Below are positions 25,019-36,515 of a stretch of DNA of 64,000 nt, one piece after another (the first letter of the stretch is position 1; each line of letters opens with the position of its first letter). This stretch comes from Centroscyllium fabricii (lineage: Eukaryota), in assembly GCA_051313645.2 (NCBI GenBank), contig JBNRSN020000003.1, forward strand, positions 10,726,001 through 10,790,000, written 5' to 3'. The position numbers were made by a program, and so were the translations under genes. Below the pieces are notes generated by a model. It saw nothing but the letters and a program-made list of their open reading frames with translations, was not told the DNA's origin and ran no database searches.

Positions 25019-25043
25019 ATTTTAATTGCTAACTATTTTTAAA

Positions 25044-26351
25044 ATGGAGAGCAGCGCAGTTAAACCTGAGAAGTTGGACATCAGTCCCCAGGACCCTGCC
25101 GCTGCCGCCACGTACGAACACTGGTTCGGCCTCCTGGAGGCCTACATGGACGCCGCCAAGGCTACAACGGACAGGAACAAGCTGCATGTCCTACGATCGA
25201 GGATCTCCAGCAGGGTATTCACCCTCATCAGGAACGCCTCATCATACGTATCGGCTGTACGAATTCTGAAAAAATGTTACGAGCGCCCGGTCCATTCGGT
25301 CTACGCCCGACATGTGCTTGCGACCAGATCTCAGCTACCGGGTGAGTCCAATGAGCAGTTCGAGCAAGCGCTCCTGGCCCTGGTACGGGTCTGTGGCTGC
25401 AAAGGCACTACAGCTGAAGAGGAGGCAGAACTCCTCGTTCGGGACGCCTACGTTACAGGACTGAGGTGTGTGGAAGCCCGCCAGCGGCTACTAGAGAAAG
25501 ACGATTTAACCCTCGAGGAGGCGACTAAGATAGCCAAATCAGTAGAGGGGGCCCGAAGCAAGTTACAGGCGTACAGCGGCACTAACCCGCAAGCCTACAA
25601 CATATGGGCCGCGCCACAACAGGCCCAGGCCTGGGCGCAACGGGCCGAGGCCCCCACGATGGCCGCGACGGCCACTAAAGACAAGCGCTGCTACTTCTGC
25701 AGCCAGGGACTGCACCCAAGAGCGAAATGCCCAGCCAGGACAGCAACCTGCGAGAAATGTGCGAAGAAGGGACACTACACTAAGGCCTGCAGATCAGCTC
25801 CAGCAGCGCCCAACTCAAGGTACAACAGTGCAGCCTGTGAGAGCACCGACAGACACCAGGTAAGCTGCAATAGCAGCGCGATCCAGCGACGGTACGGGGG
25901 TAGACAACAAGCGCCCCCATCCCGATGCGGCAAAGGCCGGCCAAGCGCGACCCCCCAACGCGGCCGGCTGCGTGCGAATCACGGGCACCGCCAACCCGAC
26001 CAGCGCGGCCCGCTGCGTGCGAATCACGGGCACTGCCAACCCGATCACCGCGGTCCGCTGCGTGCGAATCACGGGCGCCGCCAGCGCGTCCACAGTGCCC
26101 CACCATGTGCGTCCCCTCGGAAACGCCATTTTGTACTCAGGGCCCCTCCATGTGCGAGCCAGGGGCGACGCCATCTTGTATCCAGGGCCCCTCCATGTGC
26201 GAGCCAGGGGCGCCGCCATCTTGTATCCAGGGCCCCACCATGTGCGAGCCAGGGGCGCCGCCATCTTGTGCGCAGCCCCGATCAGCAGGGGCTGCGGCAA
26301 CCAGAATCAGAGTTAGCCAGGGCAGGCCCCATACCCTGTCTAACTCCATAA
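25044..26351 (+). pseudogene. Gypsy gag
   Basis: ATG at 25044 (MESSAVKPEKL); RSQLPGES..F...L motif, RDAYVTGL, knuckles CYFCSQGLHPRAKC and CEKCAKKGHYTKAC. Confidence 0.9.
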
Positions 26352-29110
26352 TGCCGATTAACATTAATAACTACACTGTCGACTGCCTTTTCGACACAGG
26401 CAGCACTGAGAGTTTCGTTCACCCCGATACAGTGCGGCGCTGCGGACTGCAGGTCCTGCCCACTAACTACCAAGTCTCCCTAGCTTCACAGTCCCACACA
26501 GCGGACGTCACCGGCTACTGCTCCATCACGCTCACCGTCAAGGGGCGCGTGTACCGTAATTTTAAATTGAATATCCTCCAACAGTTGTGTGCCCCAGCCT
26601 TACTAGGTTTGGATTTCCAGTGCCACTTCAGGAGTGTGACAATGGAGTTCGGCGGGACCTTACCCCCCCTCACCGTCAGTAGCCAGGACAATCTCCCCCC
26701 AAAGCGGAGCCCGGCCTGCGGCCTCTCCACCCTGAAAATCGACCCCCCCTCGCTGTTCGCCAACCTCGATCCGAAGTGCAAACCCATTGCCACTAAGAGT
26801 CGGCGGTACAGTGAGGGGGATCGCACGTTCATCAGGTCGGAGGTCGGGCGGATGCTGAAGGAGGGGATAATTGAAGCCAGCACCAGCCCCTGGCGTGCCC
26901 AAGTTGTAGTGGTGAAGTCTGGCGAAAAACAGCGGCTGGTTATCGATTACAGCCAGACTATCAACCACTACACCGGGCTCGACGCCTACCCCCTTCCCCG
27001 CATCTCGGAAATGGTCAATCAGATCGCCCAGTACAAGGTGTTTTCTACGATCGACCTTAAATTGGCGTTATCACCAACTCCCGATTCGGAAAGCCGACCG
27101 CCCCTACACCGCCTTCGAGGTGAACGGTCGGCTCTACCACTTCCTCCGGGTCCCCTTTGGCGTGACCAACGGGGTGTCAGTGTTCCAACGAGAGATGGAC
27201 CGTATGGTTGACCAAAACGACTTGCAGGCCACTTTCCCTTACCTGGACAACGTGACCATCTGCGGCCACGACCAGCAGGACCACGATGCCAATCTGGCCA
27301 AATTTCTTGCCACGGCGGACAAGCTGGACCTTACGTATAACAAGGACAAATGTGTCTTTAATACAGCCCGGCTCGCCATCCTCGGATACGTGGTGGAGAA
27401 CAGGCTCCTCGGCCCCGACCCACAGCGTATGCGACCCCTGCAAGAACTGCCCCTACCTCACAACCCCAAAGCCTTGAGGAGATGTCTAGGATTTTTCTCC
27501 TATTATGCACAATGGGTCCCACAGTTCGCAGATAAGGCTAGACCACTCCTGAAGGCTGCCGTCTTCCCCCTTTCTGTAGAAGCCCAAACGGCATTCGCAA
27601 GGATAAAGGAAGATATTATCAAGGCGACCATGCTCGCTGTTGATGAATCCATCCCTTTCCAGGTGGGGAGCGACGCTTCGGACTTTGCCCTTGCTGCCAC
27701 CCTGAATCAGGCAGGCAGGCCCGTAGCGTTTTTCTCCCGCACCTTACAGGGACCCGAAACTCGCCACTCTGCAGTGGAAAAGGAGGCCCAGGCCATCGTG
27801 GAGGCCGTGCGCTACTGGCGTCATTACCTGGCCGGTAAGCGTTTTACCCTGCTCACCGACCAACGGTCGGTCGCGTTTATGTTTAACAATAAACTACGGG
27901 GTAAAATCAAGAATGATAAGATCCTGCGGTGGCGGATCGAACTCTCGACTTACTAGTACGGCATTCTTTACCGCCCAGGCAAACTCAACGAACCCCCGGA
28001 CGCACTGTCCAGGGGAACGTGCGCCAGTGCCCAGCTAGACCGGCTGAAGGACCTCCACGACCGCCTTTGCCACCCGGGTGTCACTAGACTCGCCCACTTC
28101 GTCAAATCCCGTAGCCTCCCCTACTCCATCACGGAGATCAAGGCTATGACCCGAGAGTGCCCTGTCTGCGCCGAGTGCAAACCCCACTTTTTCCGGCCAG
28201 ACACGGCGCACCTCATTAAGGCCACCCGCCCCTTTGAACGTCTCAGCGTGGACTTCAAAGGCCCCCTCCCATCCACCGACCGCAACTCATACTTCCTCAC
28301 GGTAGTGGATGAGTTCTCCCGCTTCCCCTTCGCCTTTCCCTGCCCAGACATGACGAGCGCAACGGTGATCAAACACTTCACCACGCTGTTTGCCATCTTC
28401 GGTCTCCCCAGCTACATCCATAGCGACCGGGGGGGGTCATCGTTCATGAGCGATGAACTGCGCCAGTTTCTGCTGCAGAGAGGGGTTGCCACGAGCAGAA
28501 CGACCAGTTATAACCCCCGGGGGAACGGCCAGGTAGAAAGGGAGAATGGGATCATTTGGAAGGCGGTCACCCTGGCTCTGAAGTCCAGAGGCCTTCCAGT
28601 GGCCCATTGGCAGGCAGTCCTCCCAGACACGCTGCACTCTATACGCTCTCTATTATGTACTGCCACCCCGCACGATCTGATTTTCTCTTTCAACAGGAGG
28701 TCGACTTCGGGGACAGCTCTTCCTCCATGGCTGACGACTCCGGGGCCGGTTTTGCTTAGAAGGCATGTCCGGAGCCACAAGATGGACCTCCTGGTGGACA
28801 AGGTACAGCTCCTACACGCAAACCCGCACTACGCCTTTGTGCAGTTCCCGGACGGGCGTGAGGACACCGTGTCCATCAGGGACCTGGCTCCCGCAGGAAG
28901 CACCAACGCAGAGCCCCCGGCCGGCCAGCAGGCCGATCAACCACCAGACACACGATGGCCCCTGAGTTTCCCCGACTACGACCCGGACCAACCGAGCCCA
29001 CCGCCACCCGAAGCCACTGTGCCGGCAGACGCGGGCGATTCGACCCAGGAGGCACCACCACCAGAGCGCCGGCGATCCTCCAGGCAGACACGACCACCGG
29101 ACAGACTTAT
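26317..29110 (+). pseudogene. Gypsy pol (protease, RT, RNase H, integrase), disrupted
   Basis: LFDTGS; DAYPLPRI, PFGVTNG, YLDN; SDAS, EKEA, TDQRS; HDRLCH..CPVC, VDFKG, HSDRG, VERENG; +1 frameshift at about 27068 and in-frame TAG at 27954. Confidence 0.93.
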
Positions 29111-29168
29111 TGTGAACTGTTCGACCCATTCACCCCCCCCGGACTCAAAGTTTTTAAGAAGGGGTGAA

Positions 29169-29457
29169 TGTGGTAACCCTTTTATGTCTGTTCTACCACT
29201 GTATCATTATGGCTAATAATGGGCTGTGCAGATGTTAGGCACAGCCCTGTATACTGTGACACTGTTGGGAGCCAGGTCAGCCACACCTCCAACTCCTCCC
29301 CCAGGTGAGGCCCGTTATAGGTGAGATCTGACCGAGGCTCCTTCATTCCTGTACTGAAGTTCGTTCCGGAGCGTAGCTCCATTCTTAGCAATTAAAAGCC
29401 TTTAGTTTCGGTAACTACTCGTCGACTCTTTTAATCGAAGGTATTGACGATACGTCA
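29169..29457 (+). repeat. 3' LTR
   Basis: Direct repeat of 24730-25018. Confidence 0.97.
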
Positions 29458-29709
29458 GATCTCCAGTAAGGAAAATCTTTTTTTTTTTTTTTTTTTTTAA
29501 ACATTCGGTGGGTTTTCACACGGACACCAGACTGCAACATTTGACCCTTTGTGACTGCACCTCATTGATCTCAGACTGGTGCCTGATTAATATGTTAAAA
29601 TATGTTAAAACACCTTTGTTCGCTTTGTATGTCTCTCTGCTGAGGTATGATATTGGAAAGATTACACTGCTCTCTCTCGGATATGCTGTGTTTAGATGAA
29701 TTTCTGTTA

Positions 29710-29744
29710 CACCTGATGAAGGAGCAGCGCTCCGAAAGCTTGTG
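29710..29744 (+). ncRNA. Minimal hammerhead ribozyme-like motif in Penelope family A pLTR
   Basis: CAC-CTGATGA-A-GGAGC-AGC-GCTCC-GAAA-GCTT-GTG: conserved core, 5-bp stem II, palindromic AAGCTT in place of stem III; activity not demonstrated. Confidence 0.7.
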
Positions 29745-30123
29745 ATTTCAAATAAAACTGTTGGACTATAACCTGGTGTTGAGACTTCTTTCATTTGTTC
29801 CAATGAAGCTTGAGGAACAGCACCTCATCGTTTGATTAGGCACTTGACAACCGTCCGGACTCAATGAGTTGAACAATTTCAGATCATAAGCACTGCTCCC
29901 ATTGTTTTCGGACAGCAGGTACTGGGAATGGTTCTGCGGTTGCCATTTATAGTTCCTCTAGACCCATCTTTAATTTCTTTACTTGTCCCATTACCACCCC
30001 CTTTTTGCCTCGCACCATCATCCCTTGTGCCAGTTAATCACTCCAGCCTTCCACTCCATCACACACCTTCCCTTTTGTTCTTTCTTTTCTTCCCAGCTTT
30101 TCCTGGCTCTGCACTTGCTTAAA

Positions 30124-30950
30124 ATAGAAACATAGAAGATAGGAGCAGGAGTAGGCCATTCGGCCCTTCGAGCCTGCTCCGCCATTCAATGAGATCACGG
30201 CTGATCTTTGGCTGAGATCATGGCTGATCTTTCAAGTTCAGTACCCCGTCCCCGCCTTCTCTCCGTAACCCTTAATCCCTTTAGCCTGAATAAATATATC
30301 CAATTCCCTCTTAAATATATTTAATGAACTGGCCTCCACTGCCCTCTGTGGCAAGGAATTCCACAGGCTCACCACTCTCTGGGTGAAGAAATTCTTGCTC
30401 ATATCTGTCCTAAATGGTTTACCCCTTATCCTTAGACTGTGGCCCCTGGTTCTGGACTCCCCCACTATTGGAAACATTCTTTCTGAATCTAACCTGTCCA
30501 GGCCTGTCAGAATTTTATATGTTTCGATGAGATCCCCTCTCAATCTTCTAAACTCCAGCGAGTACAAGCTCAAACTACACAATCTCTCCTCGTAGGTCAT
30601 TCCTGCCATTCCAGGTATCATCCTGGTGAATCGCCGCTGCACTCCTTCCATGGCAAGAACATCCTTCCTCAGATGAGGCGACCAAAACTGTACACAATAC
30701 TCAAGGTGTGGTCTCACCAGTGCCTTGTACAGCTGTAGTAAGGTATCCTTATTCCTATACTCGAACCCTCTTGATATGAAGGCCAACATACCATTTGCCT
30801 TCTTAACCGCCTGTTGCACCTGCATGCTCGCCCTCAGTGACTGGTGCACAAGAACACCCAGGTCTCTCTGCACTTCCCCATCTCCCAATCTATTGCCATT
30901 TAAATAATAATCTGCCCTCCTGTTTTTGCCCCCTCACATTTATCCACATA
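30124..30950 (-). mobile_element. CR1 LINE 3' fragment inserted in a Penelope family B remnant
   Basis: 216-aa uninterrupted ORF2 C-terminus (30238-30888) plus tail. Confidence 0.93.
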
Positions 30951-30979
30951 AAATCTGTCACATCTCTTAACATTTCCCA

Positions 30980-31014
30980 ATTCTGATGAAAGGTCATCGA
31001 CCTGAAATGTTAAC
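30980..31014 (+). ncRNA. Minimal hammerhead ribozyme-like motif in Penelope family B pLTR
   Basis: CTGATGA-A-AGGTC-ATC-GACCT-GAAA-TGTTAAC; other copies show GAAACGTT. Confidence 0.6.
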
Positions 31015-31151
31015 TGTTTCTCTCTCCACAGATGCTGCCCAACCTGCTGAGTGTTTTCCAGCATTTTGTGTTTTGATTTCAGATTTCCCAGCTTCCGCAG
31101 TATTCCAATCTAATCCCATGCTGCTCCAATGCACCTACTGGCAGCTGGTTA

Positions 31152-31748
31152 AGGCCCTGTCACACCTAGACGTTTTAGCCAGTGTATGCAAATTTGGCTA
31201 AAACGCTGGGTTACGTCGGATACGGTATGGGTACGTTATGCATACGTTACGAGAACGCTGGCATACGCTGGGCATACGTCGTTGTACTTCGAGTAAGTCG
31301 AGATTTTTTGAGTATGCACAAAAAATCTCGACGTATCCTGCGTATGATTCACACGTTCCGCATACGCTGGCCATACGTTGTAGGCACGTTAGGCGATCGT
31401 TGAACACACTTTACCTGTGCCCCTGTCATGCCCTGTCACACCTTGACGATTTAAGCGAGCGTATGCCAACGTATCAAAATTTATCTAAAACGTCGGCGAT
31501 ACGCTGCCGCGCGCTATGCATACGTTAGACTATCGTTGGGCATAAGTTGTGAACGCCGACAACACGCTAAGCATTCGTTGGTATAAGTTATCTGTAAGTT
31601 ATCGATACGTTCTGTGTACGTTACTAATACGTTATGCATACGTTATGAATACGCTATTATACGCCCAAAACTGAAAAAAAAGTCAAAAGTTCAGCGTTTT
31701 AGCCAAATTTGCATACGCTGGCTAAAACGTCTAGGTGTGACAGGGCCT
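31152..31748. mobile_element. PIF/Harbinger MITE
   Basis: TTA|AGGCCCTGTCACACCTAGACG...CGTCTAGGTGTGACAGGGCCT|TTA; about 57-bp near-perfect TIRs, TTA TSD, CpG-rich interior. Confidence 0.92.
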
Positions 31749-32683
31749 TTACACAGCGGAATTGGTCGAGGTCTGGCAACTAGTTAGGAGTGGTGGTGAG
31801 GAAGTGGGATGGAAACAGCTTCTCGAAAATGAACAGTAACCTGGACTAGTTATCTGAACAGAATTATTTTCTTGGCCATGAATTCCCACCATCATTTGCA
31901 GAGATCCCCACATAAACATATTTTAACTGTAAATATTGACTCTGAATGCAACTGTGCACAATTTACAGGAATACAATTACTGCAATAGGTTTTGCACAGG
32001 TTAAGCATTTACTTTTGCAGACTATATAATCCACAATAAAAGTTTCATAGCCCTTTAAAGCACAGGGCTGAATACACACAGACTGAGATTTTTTTGTCAC
32101 TTCAATAATAAATTATCCATCAGCAGCTACAGTCAAGGGTTATCCTGCCCAGAAAGAGGAAAAAGGAAACTCGGTTAACTGCCTCTATAGTGGTTTGACT
32201 ACTGTATAAAATACTCTAGTTATAAGAACATAAGAAATAGGAGCAGGAGTAGGCCAATCGGCCCCTCGAGCCTGCTCCGCCATTCAACAAGATCATGGCT
32301 GATCTGATCCTAACCTCAATTTTATTTTTACTCTCCACCCCGCCCAGACCCATGTGATCTCCCGGGAGAGGCGAAGAAACCAGATTAAAAAACCCAGTAG
32401 CCAATGTGGGAGAAAAAAAATCAGGAAAATTCCTCTCCGACCCATCTAGGCGATCGAAAACTGGTCCAGGAGATCACATGGCCGATCTGAACCAAGCCTC
32501 ACGTCCACTTACCTGCCCGCTCACCATAACCCCTAAGTCCCTTTAATTCCAGGAAACTGTCTATCTCAGTTTTAAATTTATTCAAAGTAGTAGCATCCAC
32601 AGCTCTCTGGGGCAGCAAATTCCACAGCCCCACCACCCTCTGAGTGAAGAGGTTTCTCCTCATCTCAGTTTTGAAATGGCAGC

Positions 32684-34149
32684 CAGTGTTGGCCGTGAGC
32701 GCGCTAAATGAGCGCGCGTTCACGAGCGCGTTCACATTTTCGTGAACGCGGAACGAGCGCGCTCTTTCCCAGCAGCCTGAGCGAAAACATGAGCGTCGCT
32801 CGTTTTGGAGGGAGTGAGCGGCGCTCTTCACGAGTCTGAATCGCTGCTGCCTGGGTCGGCGTCTCCAAGCCATCGGGACGGTAAGTGTCTCTGTCTGCAC
32901 TGAGTGCTGCGGGGCAAAATCTCTCTCTCTCTCTGCACTGAGTGCTGCGGGGCAAAATCTCTCTCTCTCTGCACTGAGTGTTGCGGGGCAAAATCTCTCT
33001 CTCTCTCTCTGCACTGAGTGCTGCGGGGCAAAATCTCTCTCTCTCTCTGCACTGACTGCTCTGCGGGGCAAAATCTCTCTCTCTCTCTCTGCACTGACTG
33101 CTCTGCGGGGCAAAATCTCTCTCTCTCTGCACTGACTGCTCTGCGGGGCAAAATCTCTCTCTCTCTCTCTGCACTGACTGCTCTGCGGGGCAAAATCTCT
33201 CTCTCTCTGCACTGACTGCTCTGCGGGGCAAAATCTCTCTCTCTCTGCACTGACTGCTCTGCGGGGCAAAATCTCTCTCTCTCTGCACTGACTGCTCTGC
33301 GGGGCAAAATCTCTCTCTCTCTCTCTGCACTGACTGCTCTGCGGGGCAAAATCTCTCTCTCTCTCTCTCTCTGCACTGACTGCTCTGCGGGGCAAAATCT
33401 CTCTCTTTCTCTCTCTGCACTGGGTGCTCTGCGGGGCAAAATCTCTCTCTCTCTCTCCTTTTTAGAAAGATAGGAGCAGGAGTAGGCCATTCAGCCCTTC
33501 AAGCCTGCTCCACCATTCAATGAGATCATGGCTGATCATCCAAACCCTGTAACCCGCCCCTGCCCTCTCCCCATATCCCTCACCAACACATATCCCACCC
33601 TATTCCCATATATTCAATCTCCCTAACACTAAGGGTAAATTTATCCTGGCCAATCAACCTAACCCTGCACAATCAACCTAACCCTGCACAATCAACCTAA
33701 CCCTGCACATCTTTGGACTGTGGGAGGAAACCGGAGCACCCGGAGGAAACCCACGCAGACACGGGGAGAATGTGCAAACTCCACACAGATAGTACCCAAG
33801 GCTGGATTTGAACCCGGGTCTCCAGTGCTGTGAGACAGCAGTGCTAAGCACTGTGCCACCGTGCCGCCCTATATACTCAGCCTGTGTATATGCATACAGA
33901 CAGTTCTCTATATCGGATATTTGTTCCTCCTGCTTCATAATTTGCATTGAGGATGTTCTATTGAAAAATAATAGCTCGGGGCAGCGCATTAGAAGAAAAG
34001 AAAAAAAAAAACGAACTTTGAACTAGTTCATTTTTGAGCTGCGAACTTAAGTTCAAAATTCAGAACTATGAACTTGAACTAGTTCATTTTAAAATGATTG
34101 AACTGAACTTTGAGCTAGCTCTTGTTAAGTGTGAACTTTCCCAACACTG
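32684..34149. mobile_element. Non-autonomous hAT element, composite (minisatellite plus HE1 SINE at about 33463-33869), copy 1
   Basis: CAGTGTTGG...CCAACACTG TIRs; 8-bp TSD ATGGCAGC (32676-32683 and 34150-34157); subterminal GAGCGC and GAACT/AGTTC repeats. Confidence 0.93.
32895..33457. repeat. Minisatellite GCACTGA(C/G)TGC(TC)TGCGGGGCAAAA(TC)n, about 14 units
   Basis: Direct reading; unit length varies with the embedded TC microsatellite. Confidence 0.95.
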
Positions 34150-36165
34150 ATGGCAGCCCCTTATTTTAAGATTATACCCCCTAGTCCTAGTTTCACCCAC
34201 CATTGGAAACATCCTCACCGCATCCAACCGATCAAGCCCTCTCACAATCTTATATGTTTCAATAAGATCGCCTCTCATTCTTCTGAACTCCATTGAGTAG
34301 AGGCCCAATCTACTCAGCCTCTCGTCATATGTTAGCCCCCTCATCCCCGGAATTAACCTAGTGAACCTTCTCTGCACTGCCTCGAGAGCAAGTATGTCCT
34401 TTCTTAAATATGGATACCAGAACTGCACGCAGTATTCCAGGTGTGGTCTCACCAATACCCTGTACAACTGCAAGACCTCCCTGCTTTTATACTCAATCCC
34501 CTTAGCAATAAAAGCCAACATTCCGTTGGCCTTCCTGACCACCTGCTGCACCTGCATATTAACTTTTTGTGTTTCCTGCACCATGACCCCCAGATCCCTT
34601 TGCACTGAAGTACTTATTATTTGTAAGAATCACTGCAATGCTTCCACTGGCTCACAAACTTACCAGATGAGTCACAAAAGTTGCTGAATTCCCTCATCGC
34701 AGGGTAACGCGAATAGCTACGAAATCTAAAGTCGCAGCGACCATATAATTAACCACCAATTAACATACAAATTCAGTACTTGTGATAGTAAGTCTGGGCT
34801 GGGAAAGGGAGTGGACATTTCACAGATCGAGTACATTTAAGGACAATGTAAAATGGTGGACAAACTCTGCTGTGCCGCAAGAGTTTCTCAAAATTTGAAA
34901 GTGACACTAACCGAATGGAGAGTCAAGTTTGAGAAAATGCAAGGGATGGAATGCTGTGTTATATATTTGCTGCAAGAAAATTAAGGCATGTCAAAGAACC
35001 AAAAAGGTAAGATACCCTCCAATTTTAATTTGGATCACATTACATTTTCCACTTTTTTTCTCAGCTCTAGGTCATGCTCGTGAATGGGAAGACTCCGCCA
35101 GTGCTGCTCTTCAATTGATAGTTGAGCGGCGTGCAAGACTGACCCCAAAGGTGCCATTCGCCCTTGTCCCCCGGAGGAAAGCTCCTCGACCCATCTAAAG
35201 TTGTATGAGAGAGATCAGGGACTATCGAGAGGTAGAGATCAGTGGAAGGTGGGTTCAGCTCTGCACTTCACCACTCTACAGTGCAGTCCATTACACTAAA
35301 CCATCCCACTACTGCCCCAGATTCTTTTCAGTTTTGAAGTGCACATTTGACACAATGCCACTCCAAATTGTTTCTGGTACCTGCTGTCTGGCTAATAAGG
35401 GTTCCCACCTGCTTTTGTCATTTGTCTAATGTCCAGGGAGGGGCCATCACACCGCAGTAAGGGGGGAGGGGCCATCACACCGCAGTAAGGGGGGTGGGGG
35501 GGAGGAAGGGTTAGTGGGAATTTCCAAAGTCAAACTGGCTCCAAGATGATTGAAGTTTGGAACCAAATCAATCCTTAAACGAGTCAGCAATCGGCAGTCA
35601 TGTGCCAGGCAGCTCCGCAGGACAGTACCCCAGGGCACTGTTGTGGTTTCAGTCAGCCTAACACTTTGAAAGGACCTGGGGCTGGGAGTATTTCCACGAT
35701 ACACCAAGTAACCATGCAAGTCAGTGCTCCAACAGTGTGGGTGATCCCAGCTGGATAAGCAGCAAGATACAACCAGTGCTGTGTGTAGCAGGCGGTGTCG
35801 TTTCACTCGTTAAACTCGGGGCGTGCTTGGAGAGTCCTGCCAACCTGCATCTACACTCTGGATTTAGATAAGCGGGGCATGTCACTCCTTGGAGGAAGTG
35901 TGTACTCCATATCATGCAAACAAACACTTGTATATTTCTCAGTAGCTTGATTTGGAGACATTTGAGCATGGTGCGAGTCAGACAGATGGTTTTCTGACAG
36001 TCAGACACTCAGCTGACATTAGAAAGTGGTGCAGTTAAACCTAAATCTTGCTCCTGACCCAGCTTATTAAATTTACACTATTTCCTATTTAGCACCAACT
36101 GCATTACATTGCACAGCTGCCAGTCATCTGCCCGATTACATGTCTGCTCAGAATGTCCTGTACCC

Positions 36166-36515
36166 CAGTGGTCCCCAGCCGCCGGTCCGCGGGACAGTTT
36201 TGCCGCTCCGCGGAAGGTTCTGTGAATCGGCGCATGCGCAGATCATTCGCCGACGGTCCGCGGCAGGGTCTCTGAATCGGCGCATGCGCAGATCAATTGC
36301 CGACGGGCCGCGGCAGGGTCTGTGAATCGGCGCATGCGCAGATCATTCGCCGACGGAAGACGTTTAACGAGGCACAGACGGAAGACAGCACTCCCCCCCC
36401 CGGTCAGTCAAAAAAACTCCGCCAGCACCCACCACCCCCCCCACCCACCCCGGGTCCGTGAAAAAATTGACAAGCCCAAAATGGGCCGCGGTCCCAAAAA
36501 GGTTGGGGACCCCTG
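36166..36515. mobile_element. hAT (Charlie-like) MITE
   Basis: CAGTGGTCCCCA...TGGGGACCCCTG termini; 8-bp TSD CTGTACCC; three internal TGAATCGGCGCATGCGCAGATCA repeats. Confidence 0.9.

Larger units (their letters stand above)
24730..29457 (+). mobile_element. Full-length Gypsy/Ty3 LTR retrotransposon (two Gag CCHC knuckles, no chromodomain; Mag-like), antisense to ZFYVE28
   Basis: 289-bp TG...CA LTRs, 5-bp TSD GATCT (24725-24729 and 29458-29462), PPT AAGAAGGGGTGAA before 29169, domain order gag-PR-RT-RH-IN. Confidence 0.97.
24167..29795 (+). mobile_element. Penelope-like family A element (inverted pLTR, GIY-YIG C-terminus, pLTR), split by the Gypsy insertion
   Basis: 24373-24654 YISETMQTLRQRMNRH...PVGEHF...EQRLI.KF.T...GLNRD (GIY-YIG); 24205-24355 is the reverse complement of 29640-29790; 13-bp duplication TGTTCCAATGAAG at 24154-24166 and 29796-29808. 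Confidence 0.85.
32222..34608 (-). mobile_element. CR1 LINE 3' fragment split by the hAT element
   Basis: ORF2 frame ...LKIRGCH | FKTEMRRN continues across the insertion. Confidence 0.9.

Noticed and set aside
32895-33457. Repeat-spacer-like pattern resembling a CRISPR array
   Set aside because: The variable part is only TC microsatellite length; no unique spacers, no cas genes, eukaryotic context
35447-36008. 119-aa and 95-aa minus-strand ORFs as the missing large ZFYVE28 exon
   Set aside because: No recognisable Lst2 motifs or convincing splice boundaries
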